From positions 1-56,422 of the IMG/VR virus record IMGVR_UViG_3300025513_000008: DNA of 56,422 nucleotides; one strand, 5' to 3'. The translations under genes and the position numbers were made by a program. Origin of the DNA: a virus (lineage: Duplodnaviria > Caudoviricetes). Shown here one piece after another: positions 18,188 to 30,300 of this stretch; position 1 is the stretch's first letter, and every line of letters starts with the position of its first letter. The notes under the pieces are model-generated. The model was given only the letters and a program-made list of their open reading frames with translations. It made no database searches and was not told the DNA's origin.

Positions 18188-19669
18188 TTATACCTTAAGT
18201 ACGCATTCTACTAGCTTTTCACTTTCGTCTGCATTACTTTCCAATGCTACGCCCACTAATGCAGTAGTAGCTATTGTAGTACTTACTCCATCTGCCATTG
18301 CATAAACTGCTTGACCTTTTTTAACTGCACCCTTAACCCTAACAGGTAAGCGACCTTTTAGACCAATGTATTGACCGTTTGCTTCACTGTTCATCATATA
18401 TGCTGGATCTGTTGACACAACTCCAATACAATGATTACTTGCTTTTGCTGGCTCTACTTCGTGATCTTCATGACCACAAACTGCTACGGCTGTTCCAGGA
18501 GCTAATTCTTCTGCTGTTGAATATTTTTCTGCTAAGTCAGCAAATCTTGCTTGTGTTGCAGTACCTTGGAACAAGTTTGCTGCAATATTACCTGTTGCAT
18601 CTCTAACTGCAACAGTGTTATTAGTTGCGCTTGAGCTTGCACTACGGAAGTCGCTACCCACTCTTAGTGTAGCAGCTTTAGATGCTTCTCCTGTAAAGTT
18701 TGTAGCATATACATTTGACCATCCTAAACTTGCACTACCTAATGTAAATGTATTATCAGCAGCCGGTAATAATCCCGTTGCTGCAACTGTACCTACATGA
18801 GTAAGTGTGCCTGCGCCACTTGTAACTTTTAATTTAATTACACCGTTATTAGTAACGTTTTGAATTACACCATCAAAGCCGTTTGTATCAATTTTAATTT
18901 GCAAATCATTTGAGTCACCAATTAATGCACCAGCATCTGGAAACTCAACTGCACTTGTAAAAACTGTGTTACCTGCGCCTGTTTGTACAAAATTTGCTGC
19001 TGCTATGCCTCCTAATTTTTCTGCATTTGTAGCAGTACCATGGAATCTATCAGTTGTACTTGTAACACCAGCTGTTGCTAGTTTGGTATTTCTTAGGGTA
19101 ATACCTTTGTTAATTCTGTCAAATCCTTGTGCAATTAATGCTGTTTGGCTTGCATTTAGATCAAATGCTATCGGGCTTATTACAAAAATTGTTTCGTCTT
19201 CGATAACAGACGCAATAATGCCGCGTGCTGCACTTGTAGTATCAAGAACTTCTAAGCTAGACATTTGGGTTACACCTTCGCCTGCGTTCTGTGGTCCTAT
19301 AAGTACAAAAGCTGTGCTGTTGTATACATATAACTGGTCGTTACCGCTATCCCACCAAAAGTCTCCAATGGCTAACCCTGTTGGCTGAGTTGCACCAATT
19401 TCGGCGCCGCCAGTAGTACGCCATTTTGTGCCATCATAAAACTTTAACTTGCTAGTACCGCTGTCAAACCAAACTTGACCACTAAGTGGTCTAGCTGGTT
19501 GATTTGCTCCACTAAAGTTTTCAAGTAAAAACAGAAAGTTTTCGTTTTGAATTTCGCCGTATCCTGCGTAGTTTTTTCCGATGAATTTAAGATCAGTTGT
19601 TTGATCAACTGTACCGTCTTCTACTGATGTTAACAGTGTGTTGTTATATCTGTCTATTGCATATGCCAT
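18188..19669 (-). CDS. Tail fibre with C-terminal peptidase G2-like/intramolecular chaperone domain
   Basis: Shared N-terminal anchor (GKNYAGYG...NENF..LLENF...GQ.W.D); C-terminal ADLAEKY...GVVSTDPA..MN...GRLPVRVKG. Confidence 0.75.
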   Translation of the reverse strand: MAYAIDRYNNTLLTSVEDGTVDQTTDLKFIGKNYAGYGEIQNENFLFLLENFSGANQPARPLSGQVWFDSGTSKLKFYDGTKWRTTGGAEIGATQPTGLAIGDFWWDSGNDQLYVYNSTAFVLIGPQNAGEGVTQMSSLEVLDTTSAARGIIASVIEDETIFVISPIAFDLNASQTALIAQGFDRINKGITLRNTKLATAGVTSTTDRFHGTATNAEKLGGIAAANFVQTGAGNTVFTSAVEFPDAGALIGDSNDLQIKIDTNGFDGVIQNVTNNGVIKLKVTSGAGTLTHVGTVAATGLLPAADNTFTLGSASLGWSNVYATNFTGEASKAATLRVGSDFRSASSSATNNTVAVRDATGNIAANLFQGTATQARFADLAEKYSTAEELAPGTAVAVCGHEDHEVEPAKASNHCIGVVSTDPAYMMNSEANGQYIGLKGRLPVRVKGAVKKGQAVYAMADGVSTTIATTALVGVALESNADESEKLVECVLKV

Positions 19670-19697
19670 TATTGTGTAACCCCTAGTGCTATTATAT

Positions 19698-19703
19698 TAT
19701 TTA
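19698..19703 (-). promoter_or_regulatory. T4-type late promoter motif (GATAAATA)
   Basis: TAAATA in the 19670-19711 intergenic gap. Confidence 0.55.
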
Positions 19704-19711
19704 TCGTTTTC

Positions 19712-21619
19712 TTAGTATGCAACAGTTGATTGGTGTGTCCAGCCTATGCCGCTTGATTTATATGTCATTATTGCTCTTGACGGTGTAAGAATAACAATTC
19801 CACTAGCGCCGCCGGCGTCAAACACAATGTCTTGTACCACTGATTCATTTTGTGTTCCGTTGCTATCAACAGAAATATAACTTACATTTTTTGCACTTTC
19901 GACATCTACTCCTTGTACTGTTGCTCCGGCATATGATGTTGTGTGTATACGAGCAATTTTATTAGTAGTTAGTGTTACTGCTGGATATAAATCATTTAAG
20001 TATCCTGCTACTGCATTTTGTAGTGTTGAATCAGTTCCAAGTCCAGTAATGTCCATACTGAATACTATAGTTTCTGTAGAAATTTCTTCATCTACATACG
20101 CTTTAGTGGTAACTGTACCGGCTGTTGATTCTGTTACAGATAGTTCTGCTGCTTTTCTAGCACTAACTGCTTTTCCTACACCAGTAATCTTTTGAGAATC
20201 AGTTATATTAATGTCTGCACCAGCTGTTATAGCAATACCATTAGTTGACGTAATTGCCATATCATTAGTAGAACTAATGATCTTACCGTTAATGTTAATT
20301 TCATCAACTTGTAATATAGTTAGTGTACCAATTTGAGTTAAGTCTAGTGCGGTAGTAATGTTTACTAGAGATGTATTTGTTAGCTTATCAACACCGCCAA
20401 TTTTATATGTCGAACTGCTGTTTAATAAATCAAAGTTTACATTTGAAGTAAATGCATTAGTAACAGTTTTCCAAAGAATGTCTTTACTACCTGCACTGCT
20501 GTTAACACTAATTCCTGACGAATCTGCCTGAGCATTAGTTAGTTCAGTGCTATCGTTTAATACTCCAATTTCAATAACCTTATCTTGAACTCTTAGTGTC
20601 TGAACATCTAATGCAACTCGTGAGCCTTCGACAATTAAGTCTCCCGTAACACGCAAATCGCCTTCAACATCTAGTGTATATTCCGGAAGTCGATTAGTTG
20701 TAAAAATACCAACCCTAGCTGTGCTAGCATCAATATATATTGCATCAACTGAAATAGCACCAAAAGTACTTGACTTAACACGTAAACTTAGATCGTGATC
20801 AGTAAGTTGATTCTCAATATAAAAACGAGGTCCAACAACTTTTTGTACATTGTTTTGTGATAGACCAATTGTTAAGCCACCCGAGTTTTGAATTGTTAGT
20901 GTACCGGTTGTAATGCCGTTAGCAGTTGACGGAAGGAAACTGTCAGCAGCCCTAACTACGCCGGCTGCTGTAACTAATGAGTTTGCAGAGTCTGCTGTTC
21001 CTCTAAATTTAAAGTTAGCAGTGTCAATTACATTATAGCCTACTTTAATAATACCATTAGGGTTTGAAGCGGTAACTAACCCTAAAATACGTTGTGCATA
21101 AATTGGTGTAAATTCAATGTTACTAATCACCGCTGATAATATGCTACCTACGTACAAATATGCAACAGTGCGTGAACGGCTTTGTGAATCAAGAATACTA
21201 CCTATTTCAAACCCACTTTTACCTTGAGTTTCTGTATACTGAGGACCCATAAGCATCAAGTCAGTACCGTCAAATGCGTATACTTGATTGTTTAGATTAT
21301 CAATCCATACATCACCTGCAACCATTTGTGGGCGAGTATTTTGTACAATTGGTCCTCCACTAGCCTTCCACTGTGTTCCGTCATAAACTTTTAAACGTTG
21401 ATCTGAACTGTCCCACCAAAGTTGTCCTGTTATAGGATTACTTGGTGCAGCACTATTATTAAAATTTTCTAATAGCCTAATAAAATTTTCGTTAAAATAT
21501 TCACCGTACCCTGAATAATTTCTACCAACTAATGTAAGGTTTGTACTAGTGGTGTCAATTTGTCCGTCAATTAGATCTAGTAATAATGTACCGTCTGTTT
21601 TGTTTAGTTGATAACTCAT
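19712..21619 (-). CDS. Tail-fibre/baseplate-associated protein
   Basis: Same N-terminal anchor (GRNYSGYG...NENFIRLLENF...GQLWWD); RVGIFT...PEYTLDVEG fibre-shaft motif. Confidence 0.75.
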   Translation of the reverse strand: MSYQLNKTDGTLLLDLIDGQIDTTSTNLTLVGRNYSGYGEYFNENFIRLLENFNNSAAPSNPITGQLWWDSSDQRLKVYDGTQWKASGGPIVQNTRPQMVAGDVWIDNLNNQVYAFDGTDLMLMGPQYTETQGKSGFEIGSILDSQSRSRTVAYLYVGSILSAVISNIEFTPIYAQRILGLVTASNPNGIIKVGYNVIDTANFKFRGTADSANSLVTAAGVVRAADSFLPSTANGITTGTLTIQNSGGLTIGLSQNNVQKVVGPRFYIENQLTDHDLSLRVKSSTFGAISVDAIYIDASTARVGIFTTNRLPEYTLDVEGDLRVTGDLIVEGSRVALDVQTLRVQDKVIEIGVLNDSTELTNAQADSSGISVNSSAGSKDILWKTVTNAFTSNVNFDLLNSSSTYKIGGVDKLTNTSLVNITTALDLTQIGTLTILQVDEININGKIISSTNDMAITSTNGIAITAGADINITDSQKITGVGKAVSARKAAELSVTESTAGTVTTKAYVDEEISTETIVFSMDITGLGTDSTLQNAVAGYLNDLYPAVTLTTNKIARIHTTSYAGATVQGVDVESAKNVSYISVDSNGTQNESVVQDIVFDAGGASGIVILTPSRAIMTYKSSGIGWTHQSTVAY

Positions 21620-21620
21620 G

Positions 21621-23675
21621 TTACTCTCCAGTGTAGATAATGTAATTGACTGCTAAGAAAGGATTCATAACATTTAATGGTGTTCCTAAGGTTGCATCTG
21701 TTTTGATACCGCCACTTGCAGCAATACCTTGAGTGCCGCCTGATCCGGGTTCAATAGGTAATGTAATAGCGTTTTCGTCGACAGGTTCGCCGGCACCTAC
21801 TCTAATTCCGTAGAACTGTGTGCCGCTTGCGCCTTCTAAATCATGTTCGTGTTCTGGTAAGTTGTCAGTTGCTACTGTAGTAGATTCTAGACCAGCATTT
21901 CCGCCAATTGCATCTGCTGCAATATTTGTAACTCTATTTGCACTTGGGCCGCCCATGTTATCAAGACCTAGTGCGAATCTGCCTCTGAAATCTGGTAGTG
22001 TAAACAATGCAACACCGTTATCTGATACTAAACTAGGATCTTTAAAGTTGTGTTGTATAGCTATCCATAGTGCGTTGAAATCAGATTTTTTAATTTCACC
22101 ACCGTCACATAATAGCCATCCAGCCGGTGCTTCTTCCCCACCATAAGGCATCATTGCTCCTGCCGGTACAAGCGGTATTGATTTTAAGAAGTTACGTTTT
22201 GTAATTCTATAAACACCAGTTGTTCCCGTAGTTACATTTAGTAGTAATTCGTCTGCATTGCCTGCATCATAAGTAACAGTTTTATTACTAATAAAACTGT
22301 TAGCAATATTTACTGCAAAAGTTTTTGTACTGCCGCCAATTTGTCCATCAAATTCAAAACTATTTGGTTCTACATCACCGCTTAGTGCAAAAGTCGTAGC
22401 ACTTGCTAGTCTGTCGGCACTGCCTGCTCTACCGCTAACTGTACCACTTACGTTTCCTTGGACATTACCAAAGAATGTTGTAGCAAACACTTGGTCATAT
22501 TTGTTATTTGTAGCTCCGATATTTCTTGCACTAGGAGTGTCGGGTGCAATATTACCAGTTTGTAATATGCCGCCTACATCTACATCGCCGCCAATGTATG
22601 CATTAAGCGCAATACCAATGCCGCCAGTTGTGATAATACTACCAGTTCCAATTGACGTAGAATTAATTGTACTTGTAAGTTGTAGCACTCCAGTTTCTGC
22701 TTGGCCTGATTTAGGGGAAAGTTTAATATTTCCCCTAACGTCAATTGACTCTTCTGGTGCTGCATTATTAAATCCAACATTACCTTCGCTGTTTATACTT
22801 ACAACAGTTGGCGTTAGGTTTCCGTTACGCATTCTAATGTCAATACTTGATCCACTAGTGTTATGTTGTATAATACCTGTTTCGCCATCAATACCTAAAC
22901 TTAATTGACCACCAGTGCCTATTTTAATACCAGCGTTGCTTTTAACACTTAACTGAAAGTCTGTACTACTTGCTGCATTTCCTCTTAAGAAATTACTTGC
23001 CGGAATTGATATTCCACCTATAACTAGTGCTTCTGCCTTTTCAGCTGTTCCGTAATATTTTAATACCTGTGTACCTACAATTGCTTCATTTGCAATGTTC
23101 ATACCAGGATTAATGCCTGTTCTAAACCCTTTAATAGATGTTTTTGGTGTAAACGATTGGCTGCTTATAATAATCACTGGCTGATCTTCGATTTTAATTG
23201 CTAATACATTATAAGTTATATCGTCAATACCAACAATTGCTTGTGATTGTGCGCCTGTAAGTAGTCCGTCACTAAAATCTGGACCTACAAGTACCCATGC
23301 TGAACCTGTAAACAAATATAACTGCTGACTATCTGTATTAACCCATAAGTCACCTGCACTTGAGTTTGCTACTGCTGGCGCAGCACTGGCTTTTTTAAGG
23401 CCGCCGCTGGCAACCCAATTAGTACCGTCATACACTTTAAGCTGATCAACTCCGGATGTTGTATCATACCAAAGTTGGCCTTCTACTGGTCTAGCAGGCG
23501 CTGTTGTGTTTGCAAAATTTTCTAATATGTGAAGAAAATTTTCGTTAACTGCTTGTCCGTATGCAGTAGTTCCTCTACCTGGAAAACTTAATGTAGTTTC
23601 CCTATTAAGAGTATTGTCCTCAACTATTATCGAACCTTTATTAACAGTGTTAGTGTAACTTATTGTATATGGCAT
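21621..23675 (-). CDS. Short-tail-fibre-like protein with phage tail collar domain
   Basis: Same N-terminal anchor; collar signature PAGAMMPYGG..APAGWLLCDG...FTLPDFRGRF; terminal MNPFLAVNYII. Confidence 0.85.
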   Translation of the reverse strand: MPYTISYTNTVNKGSIIVEDNTLNRETTLSFPGRGTTAYGQAVNENFLHILENFANTTAPARPVEGQLWYDTTSGVDQLKVYDGTNWVASGGLKKASAAPAVANSSAGDLWVNTDSQQLYLFTGSAWVLVGPDFSDGLLTGAQSQAIVGIDDITYNVLAIKIEDQPVIIISSQSFTPKTSIKGFRTGINPGMNIANEAIVGTQVLKYYGTAEKAEALVIGGISIPASNFLRGNAASSTDFQLSVKSNAGIKIGTGGQLSLGIDGETGIIQHNTSGSSIDIRMRNGNLTPTVVSINSEGNVGFNNAAPEESIDVRGNIKLSPKSGQAETGVLQLTSTINSTSIGTGSIITTGGIGIALNAYIGGDVDVGGILQTGNIAPDTPSARNIGATNNKYDQVFATTFFGNVQGNVSGTVSGRAGSADRLASATTFALSGDVEPNSFEFDGQIGGSTKTFAVNIANSFISNKTVTYDAGNADELLLNVTTGTTGVYRITKRNFLKSIPLVPAGAMMPYGGEEAPAGWLLCDGGEIKKSDFNALWIAIQHNFKDPSLVSDNGVALFTLPDFRGRFALGLDNMGGPSANRVTNIAADAIGGNAGLESTTVATDNLPEHEHDLEGASGTQFYGIRVGAGEPVDENAITLPIEPGSGGTQGIAASGGIKTDATLGTPLNVMNPFLAVNYIIYTGE

Positions 23676-23685
23676 AATTTACTCC

Positions 23686-24288
23686 TTAACCTGCTAAACT
23701 CTGTACACGTACTGTATAGTCAATTTGAATTAATCTATTAAGTGACTTTTGTACAGGGTGAAAAATAACGTGTGTAATTAGTCTACCAGTTCCGGCAGCA
23801 CTATAACTACGTAACCCTAGTTCGTCAAACACATACGGACTATCTGTTGCACTTGCAGTATCAAATGCATCTTGACCGTTAGGCTCGCCGTAATCAAGTA
23901 AACAACTTACAACAATATCAGTATAGTTTGTACCACTAACATGCCTAGTTTCTAATTTGTTTCTTGCAGGATCAGTGTTGTTTACACTTCTGTCATCAAC
24001 CACCTTGGTATAAGTTTGATTGTATAGACTTGCATTTGTTCCTGTGCTGTTAGGTGTTAGATATGTAATAATACCTGTTGGATCAACGCTTGTGCCGCCG
24101 TTGCCAAAGCTCATTTCATATATAAAACCTGCACCGGCGTTAGATAAACTCTCAGCAAGTGCAATACTCATATTTTCATAGTGAATTGCATTGCGCTTGT
24201 TAATGTATACTTTTTGTGATTCAGGGTCAAATATTTTAATATGTCCCTGAACCAGTACTCCGTTTGTGTCTTGCATGTTATCGCTCAT
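23686..24288 (-). CDS. Putative virion structural (baseplate-associated) protein
   Basis: 200-aa beta-rich ORF between the giant baseplate gene and the fibres; AGGA SD. Confidence 0.6.
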   Translation of the reverse strand: MSDNMQDTNGVLVQGHIKIFDPESQKVYINKRNAIHYENMSIALAESLSNAGAGFIYEMSFGNGGTSVDPTGIITYLTPNSTGTNASLYNQTYTKVVDDRSVNNTDPARNKLETRHVSGTNYTDIVVSCLLDYGEPNGQDAFDTASATDSPYVFDELGLRSYSAAGTGRLITHVIFHPVQKSLNRLIQIDYTVRVQSLAG

Positions 24289-24305
24289 TTATTTTTCCTA
24301 TACTG

Positions 24306-24311
24306 TATTTA
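24306..24311 (-). promoter_or_regulatory. T4-type late promoter motif overlapping the stop codon of the giant gene
   Basis: GAA TAA ATA: the stop codon forms part of TAAATA, 17 nt upstream of the ATG at 24288. Confidence 0.5.
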
Positions 24312-27300
24312 TTCAGGTAGCGCAGATGTTCCGGCACGTAAGAATCTTGCAATACTATTTTCTGTATCGCCTAGTGATACACCGTTTGTAGTCCAACTTT
24401 GACCCACTTTTTTCACAACTGTTACTCTAATATTTTCTGTTGGAGCAGTAAGTAGCGTAATTGAATTAGTGCCTACATCAAAAGTAAAGTCTGCGGTAAC
24501 AGTAGTATCGCCTTCTGGACTATCTAGTGCAGTTAACGGATTAAACACATCTAGCGTAGTCTTACGCTTGCGTGTACCTGCCACAAACACTTCAATCTCA
24601 TTTATTGATGTTACTGGGTATCCAATTTCAAATACGCTTGTAGCACCGTCTGCTGTAGCGTTAAACACCATTGTTTGATCTTTGTACGGAACTGTTTTAC
24701 TTATGTTTTGATCGTAAACATCAGTACCAACTGCATATGTATTTTTAACGCCAGTACCTAATGTTCCTCTACGTAGTTGACGCAGTGTATTACTTTCTTT
24801 TACAAAGTACTCAATGCGCTCGCCGGCAATAAAGATTACACCAGGTAAATTTTGTCCCTTGTTTGGTTCTGACAACTCACTTGCATCATCTAATTCAATT
24901 CTTAAATCATAATAATTTAATGCTTGTGCTAGTTTAGCAGGTGCAATGTCAAGACGCTTAAAGTGTGTCCTGTTTAGCATATCTTTAAACTGCCTGAACG
25001 CAAACTTAGCTTTGCTAACTGGTGCAGTAAAATGGATAATATCTATAACATCATTAGCCGCTGGCTGTCTAACTAACTGAACTTTTAGTTTATCATCAGT
25101 AACATAATAATCTACACTTGGTGTTAATAGTTCGCCGTTTACACTTACCCATACATACTGTGCATCAACTGCAGGCGCACGTAGTGTAATTTCTCCAACT
25201 GTTAATCTGTTGTAAGTAATATAATCTACATCTTCTGGTATTAGTGTAGTTCTTGCAACTACTTCGTAGTTGATACGTTCTAGACCTAATAAATTATGAT
25301 TAGTAAATTGTAGTACTTCTACAACTGCTCCATTAGTAGGTGCAGTATCCAGCGTAACTGTAGTTCCGTTGATTCTGTAATCACCATCTGTAATTACATA
25401 CATCTCAACCAAATCACCGGGTACGCCGATTTCGTCTGCAAGAGTAATACTACTGTTAGCAATTTCAAAACGCCATTGTGTCGGAGTAGAGATTTCAACG
25501 CTGTTTACAAATACCTTAACATCTGCAACATCCAAACTGCCTTGCGGCATTTGGAATATTTCTAATGCATATTCTCTTTGATTACTTGCAGGAATAGTGT
25601 ATTGTATATTGTATCCTGCATTTAGAATAGCGTTGTCTACTTTAACAATTACGTTATGCTCTGACGGTATAGCATACAATGGTGCTGCTGCTAATGTAAA
25701 CACAGTATCAGTTCCGTTGCCAGTGAATGTATCTTTAGTAATTTGACTATAGTTAACTTCAGTATCTGCTGCAAATACAGTATAATTAATTACTGCATTA
25801 GTAGCAACAACTTGGTCGAATCTAATTACAGTTTTAGCAGTAGTGTCCGAAGCAAATGCTGAAACTGTTTGTTGCACACCATTAATGCTTGCATATACGC
25901 TTGCGCCCATTATCCAGTCAACAGTAGTTTCAAATGCAGTTGTAGAACCGTCACCAATTAACTGCCCAAAATCTAATATATTTTGGGCACCTTGTGCAAC
26001 TGACACAATACTAAGTTCTGCGCCTACTGTTGCAGAAGTTAGTGTAATTGTATTTTCTGCCCAATCAATTGTATAACCAGTTTGTGGCAATATAACATTA
26101 GCAACTTTTACAATTATTGCATCTTTGCTGCTTGGTGTAACACCTAAATCGTAAGCTAATGTACCATCCATAATATAGCTTTGACTATTAATAACGCCTT
26201 GTCCGGCACTATCTCTTGTATAAACTTTAATGTCAAGCGTATCAAGAACTTGTCCTGGAACAAGTTCTTCAGGTCCGCTGCTTGTTGTAGCAGTAACAAA
26301 TCCGTCACCGTCTACAATAATTTCTTCTGCTGCAATACCACGTGCTGATGTGTAAGCTAAATTGCCGCCGCTGAGCGCAGTATCATAACTATTTGCATCA
26401 GGAATAACACTTCCGTCACTTGTAGTTTTTCTTACAACAAACACATCGCCGTCTAATAATTCTATACCCAGATCCTGTACATAAATTATATCAGTTATGC
26501 CGTCACCGGTAATACTATTTGTAATAGCATTTACGTTAGTTGGAGTAGCTGCATCAAAATTAGTATCATCAATTCTTACACCGTTTTTATAAAGATTATA
26601 AACAACGCCAGTTTCTAAAGCTGCACTTAACTGTACTGCAATTGTTGAACCGTCTGCTGTAAAAATTTCATCTTCAAACGTGTTGTCAAACTCGTCCCAG
26701 TTATCAGTATACCATCCGGCAGTATCGAACCCAGCAGGACCGTCAAAATCAAAGCCGCGAACTTCAACGCCGCCGTAATCAACACCGGTCATTAGCTGTG
26801 ATAATTCGTTACCGTACATTCCTGCAATTGGAGTGTATGCTAAATTAATTCTGTCTGCTGCATTTAACATACTTAGTGGAATATTATATTCTATACGGAC
26901 AACTGAATTTAATTTAGGAGCTGTAGTAAATAGTATCTTGCCCTGTTCTCTAACATAAGTTGTATCTAAATTTTCAATATTTCTAAATATGTACTTGCTA
27001 CGCAGTTGCAATATGTTATCTACATATATTTTTACTTTCTTAATATTAAGATCCATTGGCCACTCTAAGAAAAAGCGTGACTCAAATCCTGTTCCTGTAA
27101 ATGTTTCAGTTTTAGCTAGCGAAGTAAACGTAAGTGTTCCGCTAATTCTATCAAACTTAATTTTAACACGAGGTGTTCTTACAAGACCGTTACCTAGTAC
27201 TGCTGTTGCCGTTGGTAGTGTGCCTGTTTCTAACTGCGAACCTGAAATAACAACTACAGGAGCACTAGTATATCCGCTACCTGGATTAGTAACTTTAATA

Positions 27301-30300
27301 CTAGTAATTTTGCCGTAACCCAAATATGCTTTTGCAGTGGCGCCCGTGCCGTTGCCGCCTGTTAGTCTAACAATAGGCTCATACGTATATCCACTGCCGC
27401 CGTCACTTAACATAATTTCAGTTATTTGATAACCATGATTATCTTTCCAGTTTTTACGCGGATATGTAGTAGTGTCAAGATTTTCATTTATAATTTGACC
27501 ATTTAGTATAATTGCGTTACTTGGCTGAATAGTACCTGTAGTTTTATTGTATGCCGGCGGCAGATCAAAATCACTAATACTACTATTTGTGAGCTCTAAC
27601 GAAGTGTACTCACTAACAAATTCTCGTACTTTGGTTGAATAGGGTTTAAACTCTTCAACAAAGTCTTGATAACTTGCTAGATTATCATTATTAAATGTTA
27701 TGTCTTGCGTATTTAAAGATTCTCTATTATGCTTTGCTTTTACAAAACTAGTTTTAAACATCCAATCAACTGATGGCTGTTCTGACATTACATAACGTAA
27801 TGCAGCCATGAATAGTTGATTGTATTCAATTTCTAGTTCGCCAACAAAAATATAATCCCTAATAGTTTCAAGTATAATTCTTAACTCAACACTAGGATTA
27901 TTATCATAAAAGCTACTGTCAAAGCTTCTATTATCAAACCCAACTGTGTTTTTACTATAGTCATACAGCGCATCTTTAAATTGTATTGTACCACGTTGAC
28001 GACCAATAGTGTTATAATTAATTGTATAATCTTCAGTATCTTGGTTGTCCACTTTTTGAAGCAATAGCCAGCCGCCTGAGCCAACTGTTTCAATCTTCAC
28101 AATATTACCAATGTTGTTAGCTAAACTAGGTAGCTGATAAGAACCTGCAATTGTATTATTGATATTTGTAAACTGATTAAAGCCTGTAGCATACCAGTCT
28201 ATATAATCCCAATATCCGTCTACGTTATAACTCTGTAACTTTCTTCTATACCAAGCATTGCCATTCCATGAATACATTGCCCACTTATTTTGAATACTTT
28301 CGTCGGCATTAACTAATACAGTAACCGGTCTAACTGAAATCGTAGTGGTCGCATCGTACCCCTTGCCAGCGTTGGTAATTGTAACTGAAGTAAGTTGCCC
28401 TAAATTGTTAATACTAATTGTAAATTCGGCATCAGTGCCGCTACCATTAATCTTAAAAGTAGGAGGAACTTTATAACCTCTGCCAGGCTCAGTAATATTA
28501 ATTCTAGAAATTCTACCATTAGTAATTACCGGTGTTAATATAGCAGGCGAAATTTTATTTGTACTTACAAATACAATTTCAGATAGAGTATCTGTTGTTA
28601 AATCATACTCTTGAGATATTAAAGTAGGCTTAGAGTCTTGTTGCATTAGTGGCAAAATATTGTATTCATCAACTATAAGATTTTCTATTAGCTTTAAGTT
28701 GACTCGTTCAATGGTCTGTTTTAGTGCTTCAAACTTGTTGATAAACATACTTTGTCTTGGACGATTTTGCACGCCGTAACGGTTTTTTACACTTATAGTT
28801 GGATCTGGTACAATTCTATTGTTATCGTCAAATCCTATTAAACTGTCAAACCATTTACGCTCAATATCAGGATCTGGTCTACTTGTGCTTAACCCATCTG
28901 ATATTAATTTGTATTGACTATGTACATTCTGTGTCTTTTTAGCACCAGTTGAATACTTAATATTTAATACTAAATCATCACTATCAATAAATGTATCAAA
29001 ATTATTAAGAACAAACTTATTATTAGAAAGTAAACTTACAAATGGATAGCCCTGCGTTCTTGGATTTTCAATTAACGCTGAAATATCCCTAATGCTTAGT
29101 TTTCTGTTTTCCATTACTGGAACAGTAATTTTATTAATTACCCAGAAATAATATCTGTTAGCAAATGTTTTACTAATATTGTCGTATGTTATTTTAGTTG
29201 AGTATCTAGCATCTCCAAACAAACTAATACCGCTAATGCCAGCGGCTATTCCGTCAGGAGTATCAGCAACGCTATCCCATATGCTCGGGATATAGTTACT
29301 CTCAATCCATTCAAATACATCAATTCTTGCGCCCGGTGTTAGTTTATTCCAGTTATTTTTTTGGAATGTTGTTGAACCTTGATAAGCATGTGCAAATTTA
29401 GCACTTGATATATTCCACCAAACTTGTCCTACGTGTTTTTCTGTCCATGCCCTGTTAGGATCAACTGAGCTATCTGAAGTATTTCCTGTGTTATATACTG
29501 CAGGGTCAAATGGTGTCTTGAATGTAATTTCCTGATCAGCCGGACCAGCAATTTTGCCTTGTACAGGGTCAATATAATCAATATAACTTACAATGCGGTT
29601 TTCACGTTTGTTGTACAAGAACATGCCGCGCATATTCTCAACATCTACAGGCGTAGTGCCTTCGCTAATTACACTCCAAGCAAATTTACGTTCATTCTTT
29701 CTAAAGTCAAGCAGTATACCTTTACTATCGCTGTTAACTTGATCTGGCATACCAATATAAACGTGATTGTTTTTAGTATAAATACTTTCGCCAAAAGTAG
29801 TTTGGGTTAATGGATACACAAACTGTTCTGAATATATTAAGTTATTGTTAATATTTTCATAAACGTATACCACACCTTTGTCAAGTTTAATATTTCTAAA
29901 GTTTGTAAACTGGTTATCAAATGTAGTTGCAGTGTCCTCCGTAGCATTAAACGCAGTAACGTCAAACGTAGTTGGTATTGTCTGATCACCGTTTAAGCTT
30001 GACACTACTAAGTTATCAGTACCGTAAGATAACCCAAAGCCAAAGCCTTCGCTTTCTTCATTATTTGGCGGCATTAGTGTCTGTGTTAAAGTAAATGTTC
30101 CAGATGTTTGTGTATAAACATATACAACGCCTTGATTAACTTTATTAGAATCATTTAGCATTGAACTTACAGCAATTTGTGTTCCTGCAGGATTCATACT
30201 AACTTTATCGCCCCACGCATCGACATTATTAGGAGCAGTAATTATTTGATCTAATACAAATTTGTCTTCAATTGCACGATAAATTGCAAGTTTTGTATTT

